From Pseudomonadota bacterium (GTDB lineage: Bacteria > Pseudomonadota > Alphaproteobacteria > Rhizobiales > Xanthobacteraceae): a stretch of 45,110 bases of DNA. Positions 11,985 to 23,025 of this stretch are shown in pieces (within the stretch, counting starts at the first letter, position 1; each line of letters opens with the position of its first letter). The DNA lies in contig JAKAHJ010000001.1 in NCBI GenBank assembly GCA_021815055.1, positions 1 through 45,110 on the forward strand, in the 5' to 3' direction. Made by a program: the position numbers and the translations under genes. The notes under the pieces were generated by a model. The model was not told the DNA's origin, ran no database searches, and worked only from the letters and a program-made list of their open reading frames with translations.

Positions 11985-12107
11985 GTGTCCCGGCCACGGT
12001 GCAGCGTGCAACGCTGCGCCGCAGAGCCGGGACCGTCCTAGGCCCCGAGCTCGTAACGGTCCCGGTTCTGCACAGCAGCACTTCGCGCTGCAGTGCGCCC
12101 GGGACAC
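11985..12107. repeat. Palindromic element family C
   Basis: GTGTCCCGG...GAGCCGGGACCG...CGGTCCCGGTTC...CCGGGACAC; related copies at 22895 and 39915. Confidence 0.85.
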
Positions 12108-12124
12108 CGATCGCTGTCTTTATG

Positions 12125-12150
12125 AAGGGGCCGCTTCGTCGGCCCCTTTT
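12125..12150 (+). terminator. Rho-independent terminator after rplS
   Basis: AAGGGGCCG-CTTCGT-CGGCCCCTTTT stem-loop with T run. Confidence 0.7.
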
Positions 12151-12179
12151 GCTTGCCGGCGCGACGCGGCGCGCCTTCA

Positions 12180-12208
12180 TTGTCGCGGCGTGTGCGATTG
12201 GCTATATA
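12180..12208 (+). promoter_or_regulatory. Putative sigma70 promoter for the leuC leader
   Basis: TTGTCG-N17-TATATA; expected transcription start coincides with ATG at 12215. Confidence 0.55.
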
Positions 12209-12214
12209 GCCGGC

Positions 12215-12310
12215 ATGGTTTCCAAGGCTCACCGCATCGTCCTCGCCGACCACGCCCGGCTGCCCTGGCGGTTCTTCGGCCGGCTGACGGCCGTGCAAAT
12301 CGGCCTTTGA
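12215..12310 (+). CDS. 31-aa upstream ORF before leuC (possible leader peptide)
   Basis: MVSKAHRIVLADHARLPWRFFGRLTAVQIGL, apparently leaderless, ending 74 nt before leuC. Confidence 0.5.
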   Translation: MVSKAHRIVLADHARLPWRFFGRLTAVQIGL

Positions 12311-12384
12311 GCGGCTGCCGCGGCCGAATGCCGGCCCGCCCGCACACGATTTCGAAAATTCAATCCGATCAAGGTCTGTGAGAC

Positions 12385-13788
12385 ATGAAACCGCGCACCC
12401 TCTACGACAAAATGTGGGACGATCATCTGGTGGACGAGCAGCCGGACGGCACCTGCCTCATCTATATCGACCGCCATCTCGTGCACGAGGTGACGAGCCC
12501 GCAGGCCTTCGAAGGCCTCCGCACCGCCGGCCGCAAGGTCCATGCGCCGGACAAGACGCTCGCCGTTGTCGATCACAACGTGCCGACCACCGATCGCTCC
12601 AAGCCCAATCCCGATCCGGAAAGCGCCGAGCAGATCGCTGCGCTGGCACAGAACGCCAAGGATTTCGGCATCGAATACTACAACGAGTTCGACCGCCGTC
12701 AGGGCATCGTGCACATCATCGGCCCCGAGCAGGGCTTCACTTTGCCCGGCACCACCATCGTCTGCGGCGACAGCCACACGGCGACGCACGGCGCCTTCGG
12801 CGCGCTCGCCTATGGCATCGGCACGTCCGAAGTAGAACATGTGCTGGCGACGCAGACGCTGATCCAGAAAAAGTCGAAGAACATGCGCGCGATCGTCGAC
12901 GGCCAGTTGCCGCCCGGCGTCACCGCGAAGGACATCATCCTCGCCATCATCGGCGAGATCGGCACCGCCGGCGGCACCGGCTATGCGCTGGAATATGCCG
13001 GCGAGGCGATCCGCGCCATCTCGATCGAAGGCCGCATGACCGTCTGCAACATGTCGGTCGAAGGCGGCGCCAAGGCCGGCTTCATCGCGCCCGACGAAAA
13101 GGTCTTCGAGTATCTCAAGGACCGGCCGAAAGCCCCAAAGGGCGACGCCTGGGATCAGGCCATGCGCTACTGGGAGACGCTGCGCTCCGACGAGGGGGCG
13201 TATTTCGACCGCGAAATTCACCTCGACGCTGCCAAGCTGCCGCCGCTGGTGACCTGGGGCACCAGCCCCGAACAGGTCATCTCGGTGGCCGGACGCGTGC
13301 CGGTGCCGTCGGAGATCGCGGACGAGAAGAAGCGCATCGCGGCCGAGCGTTCGCTCGATTATATGGGCCTCAAGGGCGGCGAGAAGATCACCGACATCAA
13401 GATCGACCGGGTATTCGTCGGCTCCTGCACCAACGGCCGCATCGAGGACCTACGCGAGGCCGCGCGCATTGCCGAAGGCAGACATGTCAACGGCAATGTC
13501 AATGCGATGATCGTGCCGGGCTCGGGCCTGGTGAAGGCGCAGGCCGAAGCGGAAGGCCTCGACAAAATCTTCAAGGCCGCCGGTTTCGAATGGCGCGAGC
13601 CGGGCTGCTCGATGTGCCTTGCCATGAACCCCGACAAGCTCGCGCCGGGCGAACGCTGCGCCTCGACCTCGAACCGCAATTTCGAAGGCCGGCAGGGCTA
13701 CAAGGGCCGCACCCATCTGGTGTCGCCGGCGATGGCCGCCGCCGCCGCGATCGCCGGGCATTTCGTGGATGTGCGGGAGTGGAAGTAG
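12385..13788 (+). CDS. leuC: 3-isopropylmalate dehydratase large subunit
   Basis: [43 protein letters not shown]. Confidence 0.97.
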   Translation: MKPRTLYDKMWDDHLVDEQPDGTCLIYIDRHLVHEVTSPQAFEGLRTAGRKVHAPDKTLAVVDHNVPTTDRSKPNPDPESAEQIAALAQNAKDFGIEYYNEFDRRQGIVHIIGPEQGFTLPGTTIVCGDSHTATHGAFGALAYGIGTSEVEHVLATQTLIQKKSKNMRAIVDGQLPPGVTAKDIILAIIGEIGTAGGTGYALEYAGEAIRAISIEGRMTVCNMSVEGGAKAGFIAPDEKVFEYLKDRPKAPKGDAWDQAMRYWETLRSDEGAYFDREIHLDAAKLPPLVTWGTSPEQVISVAGRVPVPSEIADEKKRIAAERSLDYMGLKGGEKITDIKIDRVFVGSCTNGRIEDLREAARIAEGRHVNGNVNAMIVPGSGLVKAQAEAEGLDKIFKAAGFEWREPGCSMCLAMNPDKLAPGERCASTSNRNFEGRQGYKGRTHLVSPAMAAAAAIAGHFVDVREWK

Positions 13789-13894
13789 GCCCGAAGGCCC
13801 TTCCAACAAGCTCCACGTCCAAGCTCCACGTCGGGTGCGTCCTTACAGCCGCACCCGACTTCACCCGACTTCGACGAATCCTACCGTCGATCCG

Positions 13895-14371
13895 TTACCA
13901 GCAGCGCCAGACGCGGCGGATCACACGGTGGTGGTTGCGCCAGACGCGCACGCGGACATAGCCGCAATTGCCCGCTGCGTAGTAGGGATAGTCATAGTAA
14001 CCGTAGTAGGGCGAGGTAGCGGCCAGGCCGAGGCCGAATCCGGCGCCCCAGCCCCACCCGGGTCCCCACCAGCGCTGGCCACGCCAATACCGCCACCGGT
14101 GCCCATTCCAATACCGTCCGCCGGCCACGCGGGCGTGCCGCGCGCCGTGCCATCGCGCTGCGGCATAGGGGCCGCCACGATGGCGGGCGACAGCCGCACC
14201 GTGATGGGCCCGGACGCCCCCCGCCCGGACGGCCCCGGCATGGGCGCCACCGCCAGCATGCATCGCCACCCCGCCGCCACGACCGCGTTGGGCCGACGCA
14301 CTATCGGCGCTGATCGCAACAGCGCCGGCGATCAGGGCCAGCGCCGCGAGAATCTTGAATAGCTTCGACAT
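13895..14371 (-). CDS. Secreted Gly/Arg/Trp/Tyr-rich hypothetical protein
   Basis: GGAGG RBS before MSKLFKILAALAL signal peptide; low-complexity body; C-terminal C...RCW. Confidence 0.65.
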   Translation of the reverse strand: MSKLFKILAALALIAGAVAISADSASAQRGRGGGVAMHAGGGAHAGAVRAGGVRAHHGAAVARHRGGPYAAARWHGARHARVAGGRYWNGHRWRYWRGQRWWGPGWGWGAGFGLGLAATSPYYGYYDYPYYAAGNCGYVRVRVWRNHHRVIRRVWRCW

Positions 14372-14437
14372 TGATGCACCTCCAGGTGCGATCCCCCAGC
14401 GCACAAAACCATAACCGCAAAGCCGCGGATTCGTTCG

Positions 14438-14704
14438 CTACTGCCACCAGCATTGCATGCGCGGGACGATCACCGTCCCGCTGATGCGGTATTCCTGAGC
14501 GAGCCAGGCGCGGCAATAGCGCTTGGAATTCGGACCCGGACGCGTTGCGCGCGGATGAATGGTAATCCGCGGACGTGTCTGCGGTTGCTGCTGGGCGGAA
14601 AATTCATCGGTAAAACGCGCCGCACCGGCCTCTCGCGGCGCCGCGCTGGCGATCGAAGCGCCAATCAAAGCCATAAAGCCGAGGCCGATCGCGAGAATGC
14701 GCAT
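14438..14704 (-). CDS. Small secreted hypothetical protein
   Basis: Signal peptide; C-terminal RYCRAWL...PRMQCWWQ. Confidence 0.6.
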   Translation of the reverse strand: MRILAIGLGFMALIGASIASAAPREAGAARFTDEFSAQQQPQTRPRITIHPRATRPGPNSKRYCRAWLAQEYRISGTVIVPRMQCWWQ

Positions 14705-14805
14705 GAGGGTCTCTTACGTCCGGGCCGTAATACTTAACGCTCGCCCATTCCGACTGTTGCGTCAACGCTTGGTGAATGCCTCCCGTTCGCCTAAGTAATC
14801 ATCGC

Positions 14806-15231
14806 ATGACGCGCGAATTCGACAAGGGCGAAACCTGGCGCCGCAGCACCGCGCCGATGCTGGCCGATATCGAAGCTTTGGCTGCGGACGCCTATGCCCG
14901 GCTACCGGAACATTTCCGCACTCTATGCGAGGACCTCGTCATCCGGGTCGAGGATTTCCCCGACCAAAGCGTCGTGGAAGCCATGAATCTCGACAGCGAG
15001 TTCGACCTGCTCGGGCTGTTCCAGGGGGTCGGATTGCCGTTCCGGTCGCCGACTTCGCCGCCTTTGATGCCGAACATGATCTGGCTCTATCGCCGCCCGA
15101 TCCTCGACTACTGGGCCGAGCACGACGACAGCCTGAACGCGATCGTCACCCATGTCCTGGTGCACGAGATCGGCCATCATTTCGGGCTGTCGGACGACGA
15201 TATCGAGGCAATCGAGGCCAGCGCCGGCTGA
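14806..15231 (+). CDS. Minimal zincin-like metallopeptidase family protein
   Basis: LLGLFQG, IWLYRRPIL, HVLVHEIGHHFG (HExxH). Confidence 0.85.
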   Translation: MTREFDKGETWRRSTAPMLADIEALAADAYARLPEHFRTLCEDLVIRVEDFPDQSVVEAMNLDSEFDLLGLFQGVGLPFRSPTSPPLMPNMIWLYRRPILDYWAEHDDSLNAIVTHVLVHEIGHHFGLSDDDIEAIEASAG

Positions 15232-15340
15232 GCCGACCGATCGCCGATCATCGGCACATATCGGCGGCCTATTGACCCACCCCGCAAAGACCTTAGAAAC
15301 AAGGGCGGATTTCCCCTGAGACGGGCCGGAGCATCGGAAC

Positions 15341-15946
15341 ATGGAAAAATTCACCACACTCGAAGGCGTCGCGGCGCCGGTGCGGATCATCAATGTCGAC
15401 ACCGACATGATCATCCCCAAGCAGTACCTGAAGACGATCAAGCGCACCGGACTCGGCAAGGGCCTTTTTTCCGAGCAGCGCTATCTCGACGACGGCGCCG
15501 AAAACCCGGATTTCGTGCTCAACAAGCCGGCCTATCGCAACGCCAAGATCATCGTCGCGGGCGATAATTTCGGCTGCGGCTCGAGCCGCGAGCACGCACC
15601 TTGGGCGCTGATGGATTTCGGCGTCCGCTGCGTAATCTCCACCTCCTTCGGCGACATTTTCTACAACAACTGCTTCAAGAACGGCGTGCTGCCGATCCGC
15701 GTCTCGCCGGAGGATCTGGAGAAGCTGTTCGACGACGCCGACCGCGGCGCCAATTCGACGCTCACCATCGATCTCGAAAGCCAAGAGATCCGCGGCCCCG
15801 ACGGCGGCACGATCGGCTTCGAGATCGACGCGCACCGCAAGCACTGCATGCTCAACGGGCTCGACGATATCGGGCTGACCCAGCAGAAGCGGGACAAGGT
15901 CGCAAGCTACGAGGACAAGGCCAAGGCCGCGCGCCCGTGGGCGTGA
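15341..15946 (+). CDS. leuD: 3-isopropylmalate dehydratase small subunit
   Basis: [31 protein letters not shown]. Confidence 0.97.
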   Translation: MEKFTTLEGVAAPVRIINVDTDMIIPKQYLKTIKRTGLGKGLFSEQRYLDDGAENPDFVLNKPAYRNAKIIVAGDNFGCGSSREHAPWALMDFGVRCVISTSFGDIFYNNCFKNGVLPIRVSPEDLEKLFDDADRGANSTLTIDLESQEIRGPDGGTIGFEIDAHRKHCMLNGLDDIGLTQQKRDKVASYEDKAKAARPWA

Positions 15947-15984
15947 GGGCCGCCGGTGCCCGTTTGCACGCCTTGCGCCGCAAA

Positions 15985-16863
15985 TCACCCTTGTAATCCG
16001 ATCGCCTCGGCGATCGCCACCGTGCGCCGCGCCATGTCCGCATGCAGGCGTTCGACCATGCGGCCGTCGATCGACACCACGCCTTTGTTCTTGTTTTCGG
16101 GCAGGTCGAAAGCCGCGATCGTTTTGCGCGCCTGCGCAACCTCCTCGGGCGAGGGCGAGAACGCCTTGTTGCAGGGCTCGATCTGGTTGGGATGGATCAG
16201 CGTCTTGCCGTCGAAGCCGAATTCGACGCCCTGCTCGCACTCAATAAAGAAGCCGTCGGCATTGCCGATGTCGTTATAGACGCCGTCGAGAATGTCGATG
16301 CCGTGGATGCGCGCGGCCGCGACGCACATCGAAAGCCAGGACAGCATTGGCACGCGGCCCGGTACCAGGCGCGCGCGCGTGTCCTTGGCAAGGTCGTTGG
16401 TGCCCATGATGAAGCCGGCGAGCCGCGTCTCGGAATCGCGCGCGGCGGCGGCGATGCCGAGAATGTTGAAGATGGCGAGCGGCGTCTCGATCATGGCCCA
16501 GACCCGCGTCCTGCGATCGGCGCCGATGTCGAGCAGGCGGCGGCCGATCAGTTCGAGCGTGTCGGGCGCGGAGACCTTCGGCACGAGGATCGCGTCGGGC
16601 GCGGCATGGGCGGCGGCGGCGAGATCGTCGGCGTGCCAGGGCGTGTCGACGCCGTTGACGCGGATGAACACCTCGCGCCGGCCGAAGCCGCCGGCTTTCG
16701 CCGCCGCGCATACCTGGTCGCGGGCGGCCTGCTTGGCGTCGGGGGCGACCGAATCCTCGAGGTCGAGAATGACGCCGTCGGCGGCAAGCGTCTTGGCTTT
16801 CTCGATCGCGCGGGCATTGGAGCCCGGCATATAGAGCACACTGCGACGCGGACGGATGGTCAT
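15985..16863 (-). CDS. CitE/HpcH-family CoA ester lyase (malyl-CoA thioesterase-like)
   Basis: RPRRSVLYMPGSN, ILDLEDSV, MIETP, GTNDL, GFDGKTLIHP. Confidence 0.88.
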   Translation of the reverse strand: MTIRPRRSVLYMPGSNARAIEKAKTLAADGVILDLEDSVAPDAKQAARDQVCAAAKAGGFGRREVFIRVNGVDTPWHADDLAAAAHAAPDAILVPKVSAPDTLELIGRRLLDIGADRRTRVWAMIETPLAIFNILGIAAAARDSETRLAGFIMGTNDLAKDTRARLVPGRVPMLSWLSMCVAAARIHGIDILDGVYNDIGNADGFFIECEQGVEFGFDGKTLIHPNQIEPCNKAFSPSPEEVAQARKTIAAFDLPENKNKGVVSIDGRMVERLHADMARRTVAIAEAIGLQG

Positions 16864-17030
16864 TGTCGATTCCCTTTGAGCCTGTCGCGCAAGCCTACCG
16901 TCCGCCGAGGCGGCGTGCCACTGCCGCACAACCGTTTCCCGATCCGCCCGCGCGCGACGCTTATGGGTTGCCAATGGCGATCCGGGCGTGACAAACCTAC
17001 CCGGCGGGGGCCAACTCGCGTGGAGCGGCA

Positions 17031-17705
17031 ATGATGGATTTTCCGAAGCGCCTCATCGACGGTTACAACGCCTTCCTGCGCGAGCGGCTGCCGGTCGAGC
17101 AGACCCGCTTCCGCGAACTGGCGGAGGTCGGCCAGCGCCCGGAAATCATGGTGATCGGCTGCTGCGATTCGCGCGTGTCGCCGGAAGTTATTTTCGACGC
17201 GCGCCCGGGCGAATTGTTCGTGGTGCGCAACGTCGGGAATCTGGTGCCACCCTACACGCCGGACGGCGCGCAGCGCGCGGTCTCGTCGGCACTCGAATTC
17301 GGCGTGCAGGCGTTGAAAGTGAAGCACATCGTCGTCTTGGGCCACGCGCAATGCGGCGGCATCCGCGCCTTCGCGGAAGAAGCCGCGCCGCTCTCGCCCG
17401 GCGATTTCATCGGGCATTGGATGGCGCTGATCGCGCCGGCCGCGAAGGAAGTCGGACCGCGCGGCGCCCGGCCGCTCGTTGAATACCTCACGCGGCTCGA
17501 GCAGGCATCCGCCGTCAAGACGCTCGACAATCTGATGACCTTTCCCTGGCTGCGCGATCGAGTCGAGCGCGGCGAGCTCGCGCTGCATGCGGCTTACTTC
17601 GGCGTCGCCACCGGCGAACTGTCGGTGTTCGATCGCGCGGCCGGCGCATTCGGGCGCGTCGCGTCCGCTGCTTATGCGGAGGCCTTCGGCGCACCGCGGT
17701 TTTGA
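17031..17705 (+). CDS. Beta-class carbonic anhydrase
   Basis: GCCDSRV, RNVGN, GHAQCGG zinc ligands. Confidence 0.92.
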   Translation: MMDFPKRLIDGYNAFLRERLPVEQTRFRELAEVGQRPEIMVIGCCDSRVSPEVIFDARPGELFVVRNVGNLVPPYTPDGAQRAVSSALEFGVQALKVKHIVVLGHAQCGGIRAFAEEAAPLSPGDFIGHWMALIAPAAKEVGPRGARPLVEYLTRLEQASAVKTLDNLMTFPWLRDRVERGELALHAAYFGVATGELSVFDRAAGAFGRVASAAYAEAFGAPRF

Positions 17706-17900
17706 CGCGTTCATCGTTCACCGCACCTTAACCCTAATGAGCATTGACCCTTACGGCTGCGCGCAACGATATGAGCGAACAACAAAACAGGCCATAGCGC
17801 GGCGCTGTTCGCGACAATGCCGCGGCCCTGCGCAAGTCGATGGTAATCTTCTCCGGTTACGTCTAGCGGCGGTGAATTTTGGAAATCGGTCGCAGTCGTG

Positions 17901-19037
17901 ATGCAAGAGCGTTCGTTCATCGCCGAACTCGAAGGCACTCTGGCAACAGGATCGCCCGGCAGGCAGGCGGAGATCCTGCGCCGCGTCACCGACCTGTTCC
18001 TGGCGCGCGCCAGCCAGTATTCCGAGGAACAGGTCGATCTGTTCGACGGCGTGATTTTGCGCATCGCCGAGCGCATCGAAACCAAGGTGCGCGCCGAGCT
18101 CGCGAATCGTCTGGCGACGGTCGGCAATGCGCCGCCGATGATCGTGCGCCGGCTCGCGCGCGACGAAGCGATCGAGGTCGCAGGCCCGATCCTCAGTCAA
18201 TCGCCGCGGCTGACCGACGAAGACCTGCTGGCGATCGCCGCCGATACCAGCCAGGACCGGCTGCTCGCCATTTCGAAGCGCGCCACCATCAGCGAGAACG
18301 TCAGCGATGCGCTGGTGACGCGCGGCGACCGCGAAGTCGTGCTCTCCGTCACCCAGAACGAAGGCGCGCGCTTCTCCGACAGCGGTTACAGCAAGCTCGT
18401 CGACCGCTCGATCGACGACGAAGTGCTCGCGGTCTGCGTCGGCATGCGCAAGGATATTCCGCGCGAGCATTTCCACGCGCTGATCTCGAAAGCGTCCGAG
18501 GTGGCGTTCGAGCGGCTCGCCGCCGCCAATCCGCAAGCCATGCGCGAAGTGCAGGAAGTTTTGACCGGCATCACCGGCCAGGACGTGGTGACGCGCGCGC
18601 AGGGCGGACGCGACCGCCGCGTCGACATGGTGCAATTCGAGAGCGCGGTGCGCAGCGGTCAATCGGCGGATGCGCTGGTCGCCGCCTATGCCTCGAGCGG
18701 GAAGTTCGACGAGACGGTCGCCGCGCTCGCTGCGCTGTCGCGCACGTCGGTCGAATTGGTCGAGCACGTAATGAACGACCGGCGCGGCGACAACGATTTC
18801 GCTTTGCTGCTGGCGAAGGCCGCCGGGCTGTCGTGGCCGACGGCCTTGCAGGTCTGCATCCTGCGGCGTGGACCCGGCGGCCTGTCGCCGCTCGGTATCG
18901 AAGCGGCGCGCCGGAATTTCGAGCGCTTGCAGACGGCGACCGCGCAGCGCGTCGTTCGCTTCTACAACGAGCGCAACCAGGCCGTCGGAGATTTTTCGCA
19001 GCTCGCGCAGCAGATGCGTATTGGCGGGGCGGGGTAA
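17901..19037 (+). CDS. DUF2336-family protein
   Basis: [16 protein letters not shown]...AP, LARD..I.VA.P.L..SP.L repeats typical of DUF2336. Confidence 0.75.
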   Translation: MQERSFIAELEGTLATGSPGRQAEILRRVTDLFLARASQYSEEQVDLFDGVILRIAERIETKVRAELANRLATVGNAPPMIVRRLARDEAIEVAGPILSQSPRLTDEDLLAIAADTSQDRLLAISKRATISENVSDALVTRGDREVVLSVTQNEGARFSDSGYSKLVDRSIDDEVLAVCVGMRKDIPREHFHALISKASEVAFERLAAANPQAMREVQEVLTGITGQDVVTRAQGGRDRRVDMVQFESAVRSGQSADALVAAYASSGKFDETVAALAALSRTSVELVEHVMNDRRGDNDFALLLAKAAGLSWPTALQVCILRRGPGGLSPLGIEAARRNFERLQTATAQRVVRFYNERNQAVGDFSQLAQQMRIGGAG

Positions 19038-19132
19038 GCCCAATCACAGGCCATCGTCCCGGCCGAGCATCGGCGAGAGCCGGATCCGATACGCCGCAGC
19101 CTAATTCCGCCTCCTTTCAGGATGAGGTGCTG

Positions 19133-20011
19133 ATGCCCGAACTGCCCGAAGTCGAAACCGTGCGGCGCGGCCTGGCGCCGGCCATGGAGGGCCAGCGCTT
19201 CAAGTCGGTCGAGGTGCGGCGGCGCGACCTGCGCTGGCCGTTGCCGAAGGACTTCGCCAGACGCCTGGAAGGCGAGAAGGTCGAGGGCCTCGGCCGGCGC
19301 GCCAAATACCTCCTGGCCGATCTGTCGTCCGGCGACGTGCTGATCATGCATCTCGGCATGTCGGGCTCGTTCCGGCTCAGCCGTAACGGCGAGGACGTCC
19401 TCGGCGACCCGCGCTATTTCGGAGAGGCCAAGGACGAAAGGCACGACCACGTCGTGTTTCACATGTCGAACGGGGCGACCGTCACCTTCAACGATCCGCG
19501 CCGTTTCGGCTCGATGAAGCTGGTGCCGCGCGCAAAGCTCGAGTCCGAGCCGCTGCTGCGCAGGCTCGGGCCCGAGCCCTTGGGCAACGCATTCGATGCC
19601 GCGCTGCTGGCAAAGGCCTGTCAGGCCAAGAAGACCTCGCTCAAGGCCGCGCTCGGCGACCAGCGTGTGGTGGCGGGGCTCGGCAATATCTATGTCTGCG
19701 AGGCGCTGTTCAGGGCGCGGCTCTCACCGAAAAGGCAGGCCTCGACCCTTGCGGACCGCAACGGCAATCCCAACGCGCGCGCCGGGGCGCTGGTCGAGGC
19801 CATCAAGGCGGTGCTCAACGACGCCATCAAGGCCGGCGGCTCCTCGTTGCGCGACCATCGCCAGGCCGACGGCTCGCTCGGCTATTTCCAGCACCATTTC
19901 CAGGTCTACGACCGGGAAGGCGAGCCCTGCCCCGGCGGCTGCAAGGGGACGGTGAAGCGCATTGTGCAGACCGGGCGCTCGACGTTCTTTTGCCCGAAGT
20001 GCCAGAAATAG
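19133..20011 (+). CDS. mutM: Formamidopyrimidine-DNA glycosylase
   Basis: [10 protein letters not shown] start, HLGMSG, DPRRFG, GLGNIY, C-terminal zinc finger; GAGG RBS. Confidence 0.96.
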   Translation: MPELPEVETVRRGLAPAMEGQRFKSVEVRRRDLRWPLPKDFARRLEGEKVEGLGRRAKYLLADLSSGDVLIMHLGMSGSFRLSRNGEDVLGDPRYFGEAKDERHDHVVFHMSNGATVTFNDPRRFGSMKLVPRAKLESEPLLRRLGPEPLGNAFDAALLAKACQAKKTSLKAALGDQRVVAGLGNIYVCEALFRARLSPKRQASTLADRNGNPNARAGALVEAIKAVLNDAIKAGGSSLRDHRQADGSLGYFQHHFQVYDREGEPCPGGCKGTVKRIVQTGRSTFFCPKCQK

Positions 20012-20128
20012 GGGCTGGCGCGGCCCCCGTCTACACCGTCACAGACTTGACCCCGGCCGCCATCCTTTGTTCAAGAACGGGCAAACAAGCGGGCCGGCGG
20101 CCCGCCCTGCCGAACAGAGAGAATTCCG

Positions 20129-21376
<1,248 letters not shown>

Positions 21377-21416
21377 GCGCGGGGCGCACGCGGCCGCGGC
21401 GCTGGGGAGGGACGCG

Positions 21417-21833
21417 ATGGATGGAAGCGCTAGCACTCTGGCATTGATTGCCGCATGCGGCGTCGCGCTGGCCGCCTGTTCCAGCAGCAGTTCGGTTTAT
21501 ACCGCCGATCCCAATGTGTTTCCGGCTGATTACAAGAAGCAAATCCTCCTGACCCTGACGCAAACGCTGGATGACCCGACCAATATCAAAGATGCCGGAA
21601 TCACCGATCCGGTCCTGCGCACGGCCGGCAAGGAGCAGCGCTATGCGGTGTGCGTCCGGCTGAACGCGCGCGACGCTAATCGGCGCTACACCGGCGTGAA
21701 GGAGCGCATTGCCTATTTCTATGCCGGCGGTCTCAACCAGATGGTCGATGCCGATCAAGGCCAATGCGCGAACGCAGCCTACCAGGCATGGGCGGAACTG
21801 GAAAAATACTGCCTCGCCAAGAGCTGCGCGTAG
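21417..21833 (+). CDS. Hypothetical lipoprotein
   Basis: GGAGG RBS; lipobox LAAC; Y.VCVR.NA. Confidence 0.7.
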   Translation: MDGSASTLALIAACGVALAACSSSSSVYTADPNVFPADYKKQILLTLTQTLDDPTNIKDAGITDPVLRTAGKEQRYAVCVRLNARDANRRYTGVKERIAYFYAGGLNQMVDADQGQCANAAYQAWAELEKYCLAKSCA

Positions 21834-21973
21834 CGGCCGCGCGCTTCTCCGCCCCGTGTGGGCGAAAGCGTCCGCCTCGGCGGCGGCGCAGCGCATGGCG
21901 TAGCCCATGACCTGCAGGGCTCAGCCTTTAAGATAAATCGTGAAGTTTAGTGCGCTTCCCGATTACGTCGACC

Positions 21974-22107
21974 CGTCATTGCGACCCCGAGCGAAGCGAG
22001 GGGGAAGCAATCCAGGAGCCGCATGCTCGATACTGGATTGCTTCGTCGCCCTTTCAGGGCTCCTCGCAATGACGGAACTGATTCCATCTCATCGGAACAG
22101 GCTTTAG
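21974..22107. repeat. Palindromic element family A, copy A2 (reverse orientation)
   Basis: Reverse complement reads CTAAAGCCTGTTCCGATGAGATGGAATCAGTTCCGTCATTGCGAGG...; overlaps the sdhB stop. Confidence 0.92.
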
Positions 22108-22883
22108 AGTTGCCGGTCCACCAGCGCCTTCTTGAGCGTGGCGATTTCCTTGGCCGGGTTGAGGCCCTTCGGGCAAGCCTTCGAGCAGTTCAGGATGGTG
22201 TGGCAGCGGTAGAGGCGGAACGGATCCTCGAGGCCGTCGAGCCGCTCGCCGGTCGCCTCGTCGCGCGAGTCCTGCACCCAGCGGTTCGCCTGCAACAGCG
22301 CCGCCGGTCCGAGATAGCGCTCGGAATTCCACCAATAGCTCGGGCAAGAGGTCGAACAGCAGGCGCACAGGATGCACTCGTACATGCCGTCGAGCTTGGA
22401 GCGGTCCTCGTGGCTCTGGCGCCATTCCTTCTCCGGCGTCGGCGTCACGGTGTGCAACCACGGCTCGATCGAGGCATATTGCGCATAGAAATTCTTCAGG
22501 TCCGGCACCAGGTCCTTCACCACCGGCTGATGCGGCAGCGGATAGATTCTCACCGGCGCCTTATTGTCGTCGATCGCCTTGGTGCAGGCGAGCGTGTTGG
22601 TGCCGTCGATGTTCATGGCGCAGGAGCCGCACACGCCCTCGCGGCAGGAGCGGCGGAAGGTCAGCGTCGGATCGATGTTGTTCTTGATCCAGATCAGCGC
22701 GTCGAGAACCATCGGCCCGCAGTCGTGGCGATCGACGTAATAGGCGTCGACGCGCGGGTTCTGCCCGTCGTCTGGGTTCCAGCGGTAGATGTGAAACTCG
22801 GTTTCCTCACCGGCCTTCGGGGCGCGCGGCCAGGTCTTGCCTTGCGTGATCTTGGAGTTCTTCGGCAGCGTGAATTCGACCAT
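22104..22883 (-). CDS. sdhB: Succinate dehydrogenase iron-sulfur subunit
   Basis: [37 protein letters not shown]...CPK. Confidence 0.97.
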   Translation of the reverse strand: MVEFTLPKNSKITQGKTWPRAPKAGEETEFHIYRWNPDDGQNPRVDAYYVDRHDCGPMVLDALIWIKNNIDPTLTFRRSCREGVCGSCAMNIDGTNTLACTKAIDDNKAPVRIYPLPHQPVVKDLVPDLKNFYAQYASIEPWLHTVTPTPEKEWRQSHEDRSKLDGMYECILCACCSTSCPSYWWNSERYLGPAALLQANRWVQDSRDEATGERLDGLEDPFRLYRCHTILNCSKACPKGLNPAKEIATLKKALVDRQL

Positions 22884-22894
22884 GTCTCTGACCT

Positions 22895-23020
22895 CGTGTC
22901 CCGGGCGCAGCGCATCGTGAAACGGTGCGCTGCAGAACCGGGACCGTTACAACCTCAAGACGCCGATACGGCCCCGGATCAGCAGCGCACCACTGCGTGC
23001 TGCGCTGCGTCCGGGACACG
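22895..23020. repeat. Palindromic element family C between sdhA and sdhB
   Basis: CGTGTCCCGGG...CCGGGACACG terminal inverted repeat. Confidence 0.87.
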
Positions 23021-23025
23021 GCACA

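Noticed and set aside
12385-15946. leuC and leuD separated by three genes
   Set aside because: Split leuC/leuD arrangements are common in Alphaproteobacteria.
17879-19132. Apparent 710-aa MutM fusion
   Set aside because: MutM needs an N-terminal Pro (MPELPEV at 19133, with RBS); the upstream part is an off-frame overlap of the DUF2336 gene.
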